From Chlorobiota bacterium (GTDB taxonomy: Bacteria > Bacteroidota > Ignavibacteria > Kapaibacteriales > UBA2268): a stretch of 64,000 nt of DNA. Where the stretch lies: assembly GCA_046290495.1 (NCBI GenBank), contig JBKAGT010000006.1, forward strand, positions 50,056-114,055, given 5' to 3'. The translations under genes were made by a program, and so were the position numbers. The notes under the pieces were generated by a model. The model was not told the origin of the DNA, ran no database searches, and saw only the letters and a program-made list of their open reading frames with translations. Within the stretch, counting starts at the first letter, position 1. Each line of letters opens with the position of its first letter. Below, one piece after another: positions 1 through 9,831 of this stretch.

Positions 1-1267
1 CGAATGCATCATCTAAGTTTATAAGAGCGTTGAAGTTGTGCCAAGTGATATCGACACCAGATTTAATTACATGGTCATCGTAAGCTAAGTATTCTGCATT
101 TCCTTTTACTACTACATCACGAATACGTGAACCAGTGTTAAAGTTTGCTTCATCATCACCAAAGTCAGCATTGAATACATAGTCAGTATAAACTAATGAG
201 AAATTAGTGAATAGCTCTGGGTTTACTATGTGCATCCATCTGATATTAGCAGTACTATTTCCCCAGTTTATTCCAGCGTTTTCGTCTGTTTCTTCATCTA
301 AGTCAAAGACATCGCGGGCGAAGTATCCACTTACATATACTACATCGTTTTCTGATAGTTTGTAGTTTGCCTTAGCGTTGAAATCGTAGAAATAGTAATC
401 CGGTGCATCATCTTCAATCATACTGAGTAATAAATCGAAATAGAATCTTCGTCCCGATATCATGAAAGAAGAATTTTCATCAATTGGCCCTTCCAGTGTC
501 AATTTGGAACTTATTAGTGATAGACCTGCCTTACCAGATAGTTCATCTTTCGTACCTTCTTTCATAGTCAGATCGACTACACTCGATAACCGTCCACCAT
601 ACTCAGCAGGAAATGCTCCTTTTATCATTCTTACATCTTTGATTGCGTCATTGTTAAAAGAGCTAATAAAGCCAGCCAGATGTGACGGATTGTAAACAGT
701 CACTCCATCGAGTAATATCAAATTTTGGTCTGGCGAACCACCTCTTACATACAGCCCACTAGATAGTTCCGAGGCTGATGAGATACCTGGCAAAAGCTGA
801 AGAGTACGAAATATATCCACCTCGCCACCAAACGCCGGCATTTTTGATATAAAAGAGGGGGTTATATTTACTGAGCTTATTTTACTTGTTGTGTTTGTCT
901 CCCTGTCAGCTGTTACTACTAATTCTTCTGTCTGTACAGATGAAGTCAGCAACTGTGAGTTTAGTCTAACATCAGCACCTTCTAAAGTAATTCTATAGAC
1001 ACCTTTTTTGTACCCGATAGAGGAAATGTACAGATAGTATTCACCGTTCTGAAGGTTTGTTAGTGAATAGAAGCCAAACTTATTACTATATGTACCTTTT
1101 ACTAATGTCTCTGTTGAGGGTATGCTGTCAGTATAGAGGGCAACAGATGCTGAGATTATTGCTTCCTTGCTCACTGAGTCACTAATAATACCACTGATTG
1201 AGTATTTCTCTTGGCTGCACAAGATTGCAGGGATTAATAAAAGGAATAGTATTAGGTTTCTTTTCAT
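1..1267 (-). CDS. TonB-dependent receptor, N-terminal part (partial; 3' end lies beyond window start)
   Basis: Minus-strand reading frame open from the window edge to an ATG at 1267. Translation begins MKRNLILFLLLIPAILCSQEKYSISGII, with a signal peptide, a CarboxypepD_reg-like N-domain, then a TonB plug-like stretch (DGVTVYNPSHLAGFISSFNNDAIKDVRMIKGAFPAEYGGRLSSVVDL). Absent from the ORF track because there is no stop in the window. Confidence 0.8.
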   Translation of the reverse strand, partial: MKRNLILFLLLIPAILCSQEKYSISGIISDSVSKEAIISASVALYTDSIPSTETLVKGTYSNKFGFYSLTNLQNGEYYLYISSIGYKKGVYRITLEGADVRLNSQLLTSSVQTEELVVTADRETNTTSKISSVNITPSFISKMPAFGGEVDIFRTLQLLPGISSASELSSGLYVRGGSPDQNLILLDGVTVYNPSHLAGFISSFNNDAIKDVRMIKGAFPAEYGGRLSSVVDLTMKEGTKDELSGKAGLSLISSKLTLEGPIDENSSFMISGRRFYFDLLLSMIEDDAPDYYFYDFNAKANYKLSENDVVYVSGYFARDVFDLDEETDENAGINWGNSTANIRWMHIVNPELFTNFSLVYTDYVFNADFGDDEANFNTGSRIRDVVVKGNAEYLAYDDHVIKSGVDITWHNFNALINLDDAF

Positions 1268-1339
1268 ATATCTGTTGAAATTATTTCGATGAAAATAAGT
1301 ATTTACTATAGATTTTCAAAGTCTTATATTAATAAAAAA

Positions 1340-1366
1340 CCTGCTCCCCCCGTAAAGAGAAGCAGG
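1340..1366 (-). terminator. putative rho-independent terminator downstream of the 1394..3469 gene
   Basis: CCTGCT/AGCAGG 6-bp stem with a long loop, followed on the minus strand by a T-run (plus-strand A-run 1333-1339). Confidence 0.35.
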
Positions 1367-1393
1367 CCATTTGGGCTTAATCAAATGATGGGG

Positions 1394-3469
1394 TTATTCT
1401 ATTATAATTCTTTGTAGAGCTTGTTCACCTAGGTCTGACTTTACCACAACATAGTACAAGCCAGGATTAATACCAGTCAGATCAATTGGTTTTACTAATT
1501 GCCCTTTTGCATATTGCGTAGGGTTACCAATTCGTTTTATTAACTTACCTGATAGATTGTATACTGCCATAGATAGACTTCTGTCTTCCTTCAACGACAG
1601 CTCAACTGATGATTGGTCAACTGCTGGGTTCGGGTATAGCTTCATACCTTGTATTGCACCCGAACAACCACTCCATACATCCATAACTGCATCATCTTTT
1701 TTCACTGGCTCGTTGTTACAGTGTTCCGCTTGATCGTCAGCAGCATTCAGCTCAGGATTGATTTTCTGTATCAATCTGCTCGGTAATTTTTCTAAGAACT
1801 CATCTGTTGCTTCGTACCAAACTATGAAATCTGTTTTGTCGCCACCTAAGCTCACCTCTATTGGTATCAGCTTGTTTATATCATGTTTGATTAAGGAGAA
1901 TGACATATTGGATAATCCATCGAGTTTATTGAGACTGTTTAATTCACTTAGCTTAGATAAATCTAACGCTGAACCATTTAATACTTTAGAATTAACATTT
2001 ACTGATTTTAGTTCTTTTATGTCAACATTATCTCCTGACCTCTGTAGCAAATCGCGTACATATACATCGTCGTCGAGTTGAGTATCATATACTGTATTTG
2101 CAGATACAGAATCGTAAAGTCTAATTAATTGCTCATCTGTAATCTCATTGCTATTATTGCTAACAATCTTAATTTTCTTTCCTTCTCTGAGACTCTTTAT
2201 AGGCATGTGTATAGTACTACCGTTGCTATTACTTGAACGAACATCAGCATCAGTTTCCACTAACACTATCCCGTCTCCATCAAGTGAGTCTAATGAAGTA
2301 ATCATTATTTTCTCTATGTCCTCATCACTTAAATCTTCAGATGTTAGGTTGACTTTTCTATCTATCTTCTTTTGAACATATCTAAACTCATTCCTAGTTC
2401 CATCTTCACTGTTTACATCCATTTCGACTTTCATGGTGATATCATCTTCTACTTCGCCTTCGAGTTCTTTTATCTTCATAAATTTCTCAATAGCATCAGG
2501 TGACATTTCTCCGCTTTTTAGCAAGTCTTTCAACTTGAAAGTCATTTCCTTGTCACCTATCTTCAGTTTGATATCTTCTAGACTCTCAATTCTATTAATC
2601 ACTTTTGCTGAGTCTTTGTGACCTGAAAGCATTGTTTTATAATCATCGAAGCTCATTTCACCGAATTTGAATTCTGGTAGATTCTCATCTATATCAAAGT
2701 CAACTTCAGATTTTATTTCAGTAGTCATTCTCAAAGACTGTGAATCACCATCTTCAGATTTCACTCGATCTACAATTGCTTCCAGTCCATCACTTTTGAA
2801 TAAGGTTAGTGTCTTAAAACCGCTTGCTGTTGTTACCATAGCCGGTGTAGGATATGCTTTTTCATCATTTTTATAAGGATTTCTTTCTTTGTTATTATCC
2901 TCATAGATAGTGAATGTGTATTTATCAAAAGCATTTACCTTAAAATTATCTTTATCAATGCTGATACCTAAGTTATCTAGTTCGTCAGCTGAGAGAGTAA
3001 GTGTATTAACTTGCTTTACATCTACCTCATCACTAGTCCAGATGTTATCTTTTGAATCCAGTTTAACCCTTTTAATTTTAGTTCTTCTAGCTAAACTGTC
3101 ATCATTTGGCTTAGGTGGATTCTTTTTCTCAAACTCTTTCTCTTTCTTGTGGTCGCGAGTTTTTGGCTCATTGTCATCGACTGGGATTATACCATCTTCG
3201 CCGTTGTCAGCTATTATTTCTATCTTATTTTTCGAATCGACTATATTTTCATTTGTTGGTTCAGTAAACTGAGAGAGCATAAGCACCCCAACAATTGCAG
3301 CCGAAGTAATTAAAGTCGTTATCATAGGATATGTCCGTATTTTGTTTAACAAATTAGTTGCAATGCCCCCATCACTCAATTTGCCTGCAAGAATCTTTCT
3401 CGTTTCTTCCTGACTTATGCCTGGTTCCACGTTTCTTGCTTTTTCAAAATATTTATCCAAATTATTCAT
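1394..3469 (-). CDS. putative anti-sigma-factor-like single-pass membrane protein with a long acidic extracytoplasmic region and a T9SS C-terminal sorting domain
   Basis: 691-aa ORF whose ATG overlaps the sigma factor stop (ATGA at 3466-3469). Short N-terminal cytoplasmic segment, one TM helix (ITTLITSAAIVGVLMLSQF), about 550 aa of D/E/K-rich low-complexity sequence, and a C-terminus (YPNPAVDQSSVELSL...VYNLSGKLIKRI...IDLTGINPGLYYVVVKSD..QRIIIE) matching the Por_Secre_tail/T9SS CTD pattern. Confidence 0.6.
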   Translation of the reverse strand: MNNLDKYFEKARNVEPGISQEETRKILAGKLSDGGIATNLLNKIRTYPMITTLITSAAIVGVLMLSQFTEPTNENIVDSKNKIEIIADNGEDGIIPVDDNEPKTRDHKKEKEFEKKNPPKPNDDSLARRTKIKRVKLDSKDNIWTSDEVDVKQVNTLTLSADELDNLGISIDKDNFKVNAFDKYTFTIYEDNNKERNPYKNDEKAYPTPAMVTTASGFKTLTLFKSDGLEAIVDRVKSEDGDSQSLRMTTEIKSEVDFDIDENLPEFKFGEMSFDDYKTMLSGHKDSAKVINRIESLEDIKLKIGDKEMTFKLKDLLKSGEMSPDAIEKFMKIKELEGEVEDDITMKVEMDVNSEDGTRNEFRYVQKKIDRKVNLTSEDLSDEDIEKIMITSLDSLDGDGIVLVETDADVRSSNSNGSTIHMPIKSLREGKKIKIVSNNSNEITDEQLIRLYDSVSANTVYDTQLDDDVYVRDLLQRSGDNVDIKELKSVNVNSKVLNGSALDLSKLSELNSLNKLDGLSNMSFSLIKHDINKLIPIEVSLGGDKTDFIVWYEATDEFLEKLPSRLIQKINPELNAADDQAEHCNNEPVKKDDAVMDVWSGCSGAIQGMKLYPNPAVDQSSVELSLKEDRSLSMAVYNLSGKLIKRIGNPTQYAKGQLVKPIDLTGINPGLYYVVVKSDLGEQALQRIIIE

Positions 3470-4014
3470 TTTGAGACCTTCTCACCGAAAGCTTTTACGT
3501 TATCGCTTTCATTAGTTAATGTTTTTTTTTCTACTAATATATTAGTTAGTTTTTCTCTGCCGCGTTTTAGTTGCGACTTCACTGCTGAGATCGAGCTGTC
3601 TTGCATTTTTGCAATTTCTGCTATCTTGAAGCCAGATATTTCGAATAATATTATGGCTTCCTTCTGATTGTCGGGTAGCTTGCCCAACGCCCAATATAGC
3701 CGCTCTACATCAGCGTCCAAATCCCCTCTATTTTCAGTAGTAAGATGATAATCATCAATGGAATCGCTGTACTCCATTCTACTTTCTTTGGCCTTCCTAG
3801 CGTTGTTTGTTCTTGTAGCTATAGTAAATAGATAACTTTTGAATGCAGAAGGTTTTTGTAGCTTGTCAAAACTTTGGTAAGCTGCCAAAATGGTTTCGCC
3901 AATCAAGTCATTACCCGCAAACCTGCTACCAGTCATAGCCATGCAGAAGCGTGACAAATCAGCTCTAACTGGTTCGAATAATTCTAAAAATTGTTTCTGT
4001 TTTCTTCTGCTCAT
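3466..4014 (-). CDS. RNA polymerase ECF-type sigma-70 factor
   Basis: 182 aa with sigma-70 region 2 and region 4 features (..LFTIATRTNNARK.., ..EAIILFEISGFKIAEIAKMQDSSISAVKSQLKRGREKL). Translationally coupled to the downstream membrane protein. Confidence 0.9.
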   Translation of the reverse strand: MSRRKQKQFLELFEPVRADLSRFCMAMTGSRFAGNDLIGETILAAYQSFDKLQKPSAFKSYLFTIATRTNNARKAKESRMEYSDSIDDYHLTTENRGDLDADVERLYWALGKLPDNQKEAIILFEISGFKIAEIAKMQDSSISAVKSQLKRGREKLTNILVEKKTLTNESDNVKAFGEKVSK

Positions 4015-4084
4015 TTTATCTATTTTTATTCGCTACATAATATAAGTGGGTTGAAATCTGAAAAAGTTGCAAAGGGGTATAAAA

Positions 4085-4117
4085 AAACCCAATCTTTTAT
4101 TCAATTCGACTGGGTTT
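4085..4117 (-). terminator. weak candidate terminator after the 4144..4455 gene
   Basis: AAACCCA...TGGGTTT inverted repeat with a long loop, followed on the minus strand by TTTTTTT. Confidence 0.3.
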
Positions 4118-4143
4118 AGGTGTGAAATCATTTTGTTCTATAC

Positions 4144-4455
4144 TTACTTGCCACCGAGTATTATCGCCATTATTGCTCCCCAAAACATAATCATAATTAA
4201 TATACCTAAAGCAGCAGCTATCAACATCCATAATAATGTTGCTTTGGCGTAGTTTGCTTTATTTTGGTTGGTGTCATTTCCAAAAGCCCAGATGAATAAC
4301 ATAACAAAACCAACAATTGGAATAGAAGTGATTAGAAATGTTACAATCCAATCACCAACTGACATAACACTATTGTCTACTGGCATCTGATATGGGTTGT
4401 AATGTCCACCTTGTTGGTTCGGTTGTTGGGGTTGTTGGGGGTTTTCTGTTTCCAT
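4144..4455 (-). CDS. small Pro/Gln-rich membrane protein (2 predicted TM helices), hypothetical
   Basis: 103-aa ORF with ATG start. N-terminal PQQPQQPNQQ region, then two hydrophobic helices. Confidence 0.55.
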   Translation of the reverse strand: METENPQQPQQPNQQGGHYNPYQMPVDNSVMSVGDWIVTFLITSIPIVGFVMLFIWAFGNDTNQNKANYAKATLLWMLIAAALGILIMIMFWGAIMAIILGGK

Positions 4456-4609
4456 TTCTAGGAACTCCTTGTAGATTAGTTGATTAAGATTTTAGTCAAA
4501 TTAAAAATTTTAGAAGATATTGTCAAATCAATTTTCATTTCAATTGTCATCTACACTAATTATGGTTATATTACTACTTTATACGAAAACTAACTTATAA
4601 TTTATTTAT

Positions 4610-5692
4610 ATGAGTAGAACGATATTAATAATTTCATTGTTATTCATTCTTTTCGGCTGCGAGAACCAAAATGAATACATTACCCCCGAAAAGGAAAATC
4701 TTACCGTTTCAGTATATGCTACTGTTCTGATAGAACCAAAAGATAAATACAATGTTTTCACTGTCACACCTGGTATAATTAGCGAAATCTTTGTCAACGA
4801 GGGTGATCAAGTAAGCGCAGGTGATTCTATTGCTCTTATCACATCGGACAAAGCTGGTATCGAACGAAATAATGCCCAATTGAATTACGAATTGGCTAAG
4901 AGTAAATACAAGAGCAGTTATTCGGATTTAGATAATCTTGAGAATGAAATAAAATCCAGTCAAGAAAAGCTCTCCCAAGATTCACTAGAATATATGAGAA
5001 GAATTAGATTGTTTAAGAAGAGTGTAGGCAGTAAGACTGCTGTTGAACAAGCAAAGTTGGCTTATGAACTTAGCAGAAATAATCATAATACTCTTCTGAA
5101 TAGAAAGAAGCAGCTCAAAACGGAATTAAAAACTAACTACAAGCTGTCGAAAAACAGATTGGAAAAATCAAAACTTGATTTAGATGACTTCGTCATAAGA
5201 GCTAAAATAGATGGAACTATTTACTCGCTAAACAAGGAAGCTGGTGAGATAATAACTACTCAGGAACCAATAGCTATGCTTGGCAAAACAGATGAGTATA
5301 TTATCACTATGGAAGTAGATGAAGTTGATATCTCTCAGGTTGAACTCGGTCAAATGGTGATAATCTCTTTAGACGCCTATAAAGGAGAAACTTTTGAAGG
5401 GGAAATATCGAAAATTTACCCACTGAAGAATCAGAAGACACTTTCATTTATGGTAGAAGCTCAGTTTACCGATATGCCAAGTAAGCTTTATGCTGGTCTA
5501 GCAGGGGAAGCTAATATAGTGATTGAGAAGATTAACGATGTAATGACCATTCCTGTTGAGTATTTGTCTGAGTCTAATAAAGTACAGACTAAAGACAGTG
5601 TAGTGAAAGTTAAAGTAGGTAAAAAAAATATGCAGAAAGTAGAAATATTGGAAGGCATAGATTACGACACTAAATTAGTTTTACCAGAGTAG
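4610..5692 (+). CDS. efflux transporter periplasmic adaptor subunit (HlyD/MacA family), lipoprotein
   Basis: 360 aa with a lipoprotein-type signal (LFILFGCEN), coiled-coil-rich middle and beta-barrel C-terminal region typical of membrane fusion proteins. First gene of an adaptor-permease-ATPase trio with adjacent or overlapping stop/start. Confidence 0.8.
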   Translation: MSRTILIISLLFILFGCENQNEYITPEKENLTVSVYATVLIEPKDKYNVFTVTPGIISEIFVNEGDQVSAGDSIALITSDKAGIERNNAQLNYELAKSKYKSSYSDLDNLENEIKSSQEKLSQDSLEYMRRIRLFKKSVGSKTAVEQAKLAYELSRNNHNTLLNRKKQLKTELKTNYKLSKNRLEKSKLDLDDFVIRAKIDGTIYSLNKEAGEIITTQEPIAMLGKTDEYIITMEVDEVDISQVELGQMVIISLDAYKGETFEGEISKIYPLKNQKTLSFMVEAQFTDMPSKLYAGLAGEANIVIEKINDVMTIPVEYLSESNKVQTKDSVVKVKVGKKNMQKVEILEGIDYDTKLVLPE

Positions 5693-6955
5693 ATGCGTAA
5701 CCTAAAGATAATATTAAGCATAACCAGAACACACTTGCTTTCCAGAATAAAGCAAACTTCAGTCGCAGCACTTGGAGTGATGTTTGGTATTAGTGCCTAT
5801 ATTATAATGATGGGTTTTATGACAGGTCTAAATGGTTTACTTGATGGATTAGTTCTGAACAGGACCCCACATATTCATATATTCAATGAGATTGAACCTA
5901 GTGACACGCAACCTATTGATCAGACAGAGATATTTGGTAATGACTTTAATGTTGTGCGTTCAATTAAACCAAAAGTGAGTTTAGAAAAAATACATGATGC
6001 CTTGCCACTAGTTGCAAACCTGAAAAAAGATAGCAGAGTAAAAGGAGTTACTGCACAAACAACTGCTATGGCGTTCTATGTGGCTGGCTCTATACAGCTA
6101 AATGGTTCGGTAATTGGAATCTCTCCTTCAGAAGAGGAGTCACTGTTTAATTTTGGTGATTATGTTGTTGGTAGTACACCAATGGAATTAGCGAAAAATA
6201 AAAATGGGATTTTATTAGGTGCTGGCGTAGCAAAAAAGATGTCACTGGATATAGGGGATAAGGTAACCATCCAATCATCAAGTGGCAACTCTATTCCACT
6301 CAAGATAGTTGGACTGTATCAGAGTGGACTTGCTGAAGTTGATAACATTCAAAGCTATGTCAATCTATCAACAGTACAAAAGCTATTGGGTAAAGGTAGG
6401 AGTTATATAACGGATTTGAACGTAAAGCTCTTTGATATGGAAAAGGCACCAAAAATGTCTAAGAACATTGAAAGTAATTACAATTTGAGTGCTGTAGATA
6501 TACAAACAGCAAACGCTCAATTTGATACAGGTAGTGAGATAAGAAATTTGATTACTTATGCTGTCTCAATAACGCTGCTAATTGTAGCCGGATTCGGTAT
6601 ATATAATATCCTTAATATGCTAATCTACGAGAAAATGAATGACATCGCTATACTCAAAGCAATTGGCTTTACTGGGGTAGATGTAAAACATATTTTTATA
6701 AGTCAAGCTCTTATTATCGGTTTTGTAGGAGGGATGTTAGGACTTCTTGTTGGCTACTTAGGTTCACTAGCTATTGACTACACTAGTTTCGAAACAGAGG
6801 CATTGCCCACTATAAAAACATATCCTATTAATTACGATATTATGAACTATGTTATAGCTGTAATATTTGCCTTGGTATCGACTTTTTTAGCTGGTTACTT
6901 ACCATCGAGAAAAGCTGAGAATATTGACCCAGTAGAAATAATAAGGGGGCAATAA
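5693..6955 (+). CDS. ABC transporter permease, FtsX/MacB-like
   Basis: 420 aa. N-terminal TM, large periplasmic domain, then three C-terminal TM helices (FtsX-like). TAG-ATG junction with the upstream gene. Confidence 0.85.
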   Translation: MRNLKIILSITRTHLLSRIKQTSVAALGVMFGISAYIIMMGFMTGLNGLLDGLVLNRTPHIHIFNEIEPSDTQPIDQTEIFGNDFNVVRSIKPKVSLEKIHDALPLVANLKKDSRVKGVTAQTTAMAFYVAGSIQLNGSVIGISPSEEESLFNFGDYVVGSTPMELAKNKNGILLGAGVAKKMSLDIGDKVTIQSSSGNSIPLKIVGLYQSGLAEVDNIQSYVNLSTVQKLLGKGRSYITDLNVKLFDMEKAPKMSKNIESNYNLSAVDIQTANAQFDTGSEIRNLITYAVSITLLIVAGFGIYNILNMLIYEKMNDIAILKAIGFTGVDVKHIFISQALIIGFVGGMLGLLVGYLGSLAIDYTSFETEALPTIKTYPINYDIMNYVIAVIFALVSTFLAGYLPSRKAENIDPVEIIRGQ

Positions 6956-7627
6956 ATGGCTGTACTCAAATCAGAAAAAGTCAATAAATATTTCCACAAG
7001 CCAGTAGAATTCCATGTTCTTCGAGATATATCACTTGAAATAGACCATGGTGAATTTGTTTCAATAATGGGCAAATCAGGATGTGGTAAATCAACTTTGC
7101 TGTACATACTGTCAACGATGGACACCGATTATACAGGTGAGTTGTATCTCTCTGGCGAGAGAATAACAGGCAAAAAACAAAGAGAATTAGCTACACTAAG
7201 AAGCAAACACATAGGATTTGTATTCCAGTTTCATTACTTATTGCCAGAGTTTACAGTGCTCGAGAATGTAATGCTCCCAGCTAAGAAATTAGCCCTGAAA
7301 AGCGACAAAGAGATAGAACGAGATGCCATGGAGAAGCTAGAGTTGCTAGGTATAGAGGGGCAAGCAAAAAAGAAAGCTAGCATGATATCTGGTGGACAAA
7401 AACAGAGAGTCTCTATTGCAAGGGCATTAATCAATGATCCAGATATAATAATGGGTGATGAACCAACAGGAAATTTGGATAGTAAAAACTCTGAGAATGT
7501 ATTCAATATATTTAAAGACCTTAGTCATGAAAAAAATATGTCTTTACTAGTTGTTACTCATGACAAGGATTTTGCTGATAAGACTGATAGGATTATCGAG
7601 ATGGAAGACGGGGTAATTATAAGTTGA
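6956..7627 (+). CDS. ABC transporter ATP-binding protein (LolD/MacB-type ATPase)
   Basis: Walker A GKSGCGKST, ABC signature LSGGQKQRVSIARAL, Walker B IIMGDEPTGNLD. Confidence 0.9.
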   Translation: MAVLKSEKVNKYFHKPVEFHVLRDISLEIDHGEFVSIMGKSGCGKSTLLYILSTMDTDYTGELYLSGERITGKKQRELATLRSKHIGFVFQFHYLLPEFTVLENVMLPAKKLALKSDKEIERDAMEKLELLGIEGQAKKKASMISGGQKQRVSIARALINDPDIIMGDEPTGNLDSKNSENVFNIFKDLSHEKNMSLLVVTHDKDFADKTDRIIEMEDGVIIS

Positions 7628-7719
7628 GTCTTTTATGATAATCTATTCATTTTAGTCCAATATTTCTTAAATTGGTAGTCAGCATTATATCAGAAAAAGA
7701 TTAAGTATTTAGCTAAATT

Positions 7720-9354
7720 ATGAGTGAAAAAAAAGAATTTTTAGTGACTGCGCGTAAGTGGCGACCACACCTATATTCAGATGTAGTAGGTCAAGAACAC
7801 ATTACTCGTACGCTAAAAAATTCAATTGAGCAAGATAGAATCCACCACTCATATTTGTTTAGTGGTCCTCGTGGCGTTGGTAAGACAACTACTGCACGTA
7901 TCCATGCCATTGCACTCAACGCTCATACCGATGATTTTGAACCTGATTTGGAATCAGAGATTGCTAAGCAACATGCACAAGGTAGAGCATTAGATATAAT
8001 TGAAATAGATGGTGCTTCTAATAATAGTGTTGATGATGTAAGGCGATTGCGAGAGAATGCAAAATACCCACCTGCTAACGGAAAGTACAAGGTTTACATT
8101 ATTGATGAGGTGCACATGCTCTCGGATTCAGCATTTAACGCATTGCTGAAGATAATAGAAGAGCCGCCTCCGCATTTGGTGTTTATATTTGCAACTACTG
8201 AGCCGCAGAAGATACCAGCAACTATCCTCAGTCGTTGCCAGAGATATAATTTCCGTAGGATGGAGATAGAGGAGATAGTGGAACAGCTATCAAAAATATC
8301 CGATGCCGAAGGTATAAAGATTGATGAAGAGTCGCTACAGATTATCGCTCGCAAAGGTGATGGTTCTATGCGTGATAGCCAGTCGATCTTTGACCAAGCT
8401 ATTGCTTTTTGTGGCAGAGATATAAAATATACTGAGCTTGCTAATGCGCTTAATCTGATAGATGAGATGTTCTATTTCCGTATCAGCGATGCAATTAATA
8501 ACAATGATATCAAGGATATTTTTGCTCTTAGTAATGAAATAGTAACTCAAGGATATGACGTTAAAGAGTGTATGGGTGGACTTCTGGAGCATTTCAGAAA
8601 TACACTAACGGTAATTAGCACAGGTGGTACAAACCTTATAAATACTTCAAAATCTTTTAAAGAGAAGTATATACAACTGGCTCACATTATGAGTCAAGCC
8701 GATTTGCTTAGACTTATGGATTTGGCTTCAAAAACTGAAAATGATTTGCGTTTTGCTAGCTCACCAAATGTTAAGTTTGAGACAGCTTTGGTTCAAATGG
8801 CTTCTATGGATAAAGCTAAGGATATTAAAACATTGCTACAAGAAGTTCAAAAGCTAAATACTATTGAGGTTAGTAGCGAAGAACCAGAAAAAAAAAAGAC
8901 TAAACGGGTAGTAGAAGAAAGTGAGATATACAAAGCTACACCCACTCAGCCAGTAGTCACAGAACCTGAACCAAATATTGAGCAAGAGCCAAACGCAATA
9001 AAAAGTACCGTAAGAGTAGAAAATAACAGAACTTTAGAAGAAAATTGGAAGCTATTCGTCAACTCAGAAAAAATAACAGGAACAGATATTTCTTTGGCAC
9101 GTGATGTAAGAACAGTACTTTACGAAGACAACTTACTTAAGCTAGTTATATCGGACCAATTCATATACGATAATTTGCTCAGCCACTTGAATCAGTTAAT
9201 ATCTGAGTTTCAATCAATTACTGGCAGTGGAGCAAAGATTGAGTTGATAAAAAAACAAAAAGTGAAAAAGGTAGAAGAGAAAAGAGAACTTCACCCGATT
9301 GAAAAAAAAATAGTAGAAGAATTCAAAGCTATTGAAGAAAAAACAAGAGATTAA
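7720..9354 (+). CDS. dnaX: DNA polymerase III subunit gamma/tau
   Basis: 544 aa. AAA+ clamp-loader motifs (GPRGVGKTT; YKVYIIDEVHMLS; SRC sensor). Confidence 0.9.
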   Translation: MSEKKEFLVTARKWRPHLYSDVVGQEHITRTLKNSIEQDRIHHSYLFSGPRGVGKTTTARIHAIALNAHTDDFEPDLESEIAKQHAQGRALDIIEIDGASNNSVDDVRRLRENAKYPPANGKYKVYIIDEVHMLSDSAFNALLKIIEEPPPHLVFIFATTEPQKIPATILSRCQRYNFRRMEIEEIVEQLSKISDAEGIKIDEESLQIIARKGDGSMRDSQSIFDQAIAFCGRDIKYTELANALNLIDEMFYFRISDAINNNDIKDIFALSNEIVTQGYDVKECMGGLLEHFRNTLTVISTGGTNLINTSKSFKEKYIQLAHIMSQADLLRLMDLASKTENDLRFASSPNVKFETALVQMASMDKAKDIKTLLQEVQKLNTIEVSSEEPEKKKTKRVVEESEIYKATPTQPVVTEPEPNIEQEPNAIKSTVRVENNRTLEENWKLFVNSEKITGTDISLARDVRTVLYEDNLLKLVISDQFIYDNLLSHLNQLISEFQSITGSGAKIELIKKQKVKKVEEKRELHPIEKKIVEEFKAIEEKTRD

Positions 9355-9357
9355 ATA

Positions 9358-9828
9358 ATGGCAATAGAAGTAGGAAACAAAGCACCGAATTTCAAAGCAA
9401 AAGCAAATGGTGATAAAGAGATAAAACTATCTGATTACAAAGGTCAATGGCTTGTTCTTTATTTTTATCCAAAGGACAACACTTCTGGTTGTACGAAAGA
9501 AGCTTGTGGTTTTAGCGAAAATATAAAAGCATTCGAAAAACTAGATGCCGCAATATTAGGTGTTAGCCCTGATTCTGTGAAATCTCACGATAATTTCATT
9601 GCAAAACACGACTTGAAATTTGATTTGCTTAGTGATCCCGAGAAAGAAATTGCAGCAGACTATGATGCTTACGGTGAGAAAAAAATGTATGGAAAGACAT
9701 ACATGGGTATTATCCGCTCCACTTTCATTATTGACCCTATGGGGAAAATAGCTGCTGCGTTCAAAAATGTGAGAGTAAAAGGGCACGTAGAAAAAGTCAT
9801 GGAAAAACTAGAAGAGCTAAAAGCATAA
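9358..9828 (+). CDS. bcp: thioredoxin-dependent peroxiredoxin Bcp (AhpC/TSA family)
   Basis: 156 aa. Peroxidatic Cys context FYPKDNTSGCTKEACGF. Typical Bcp length. Confidence 0.9.
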   Translation: MAIEVGNKAPNFKAKANGDKEIKLSDYKGQWLVLYFYPKDNTSGCTKEACGFSENIKAFEKLDAAILGVSPDSVKSHDNFIAKHDLKFDLLSDPEKEIAADYDAYGEKKMYGKTYMGIIRSTFIIDPMGKIAAAFKNVRVKGHVEKVMEKLEELKA

Positions 9829-9831
9829 TTG

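Noticed and set aside
462-695. 77-aa plus-strand ORF
   Set aside because: It is embedded antisense within the partial TonB-dependent receptor gene, so it is a shadow ORF.
1758-3272. Five plus-strand ORFs (62-120 aa) inside the 1394..3469 gene
   Set aside because: They lie antisense to a long, well-supported minus-strand ORF. Their Ser/Leu/Phe-rich low-complexity translations are the mirror of the acidic low-complexity region on the other strand. No start context or homology supports them.
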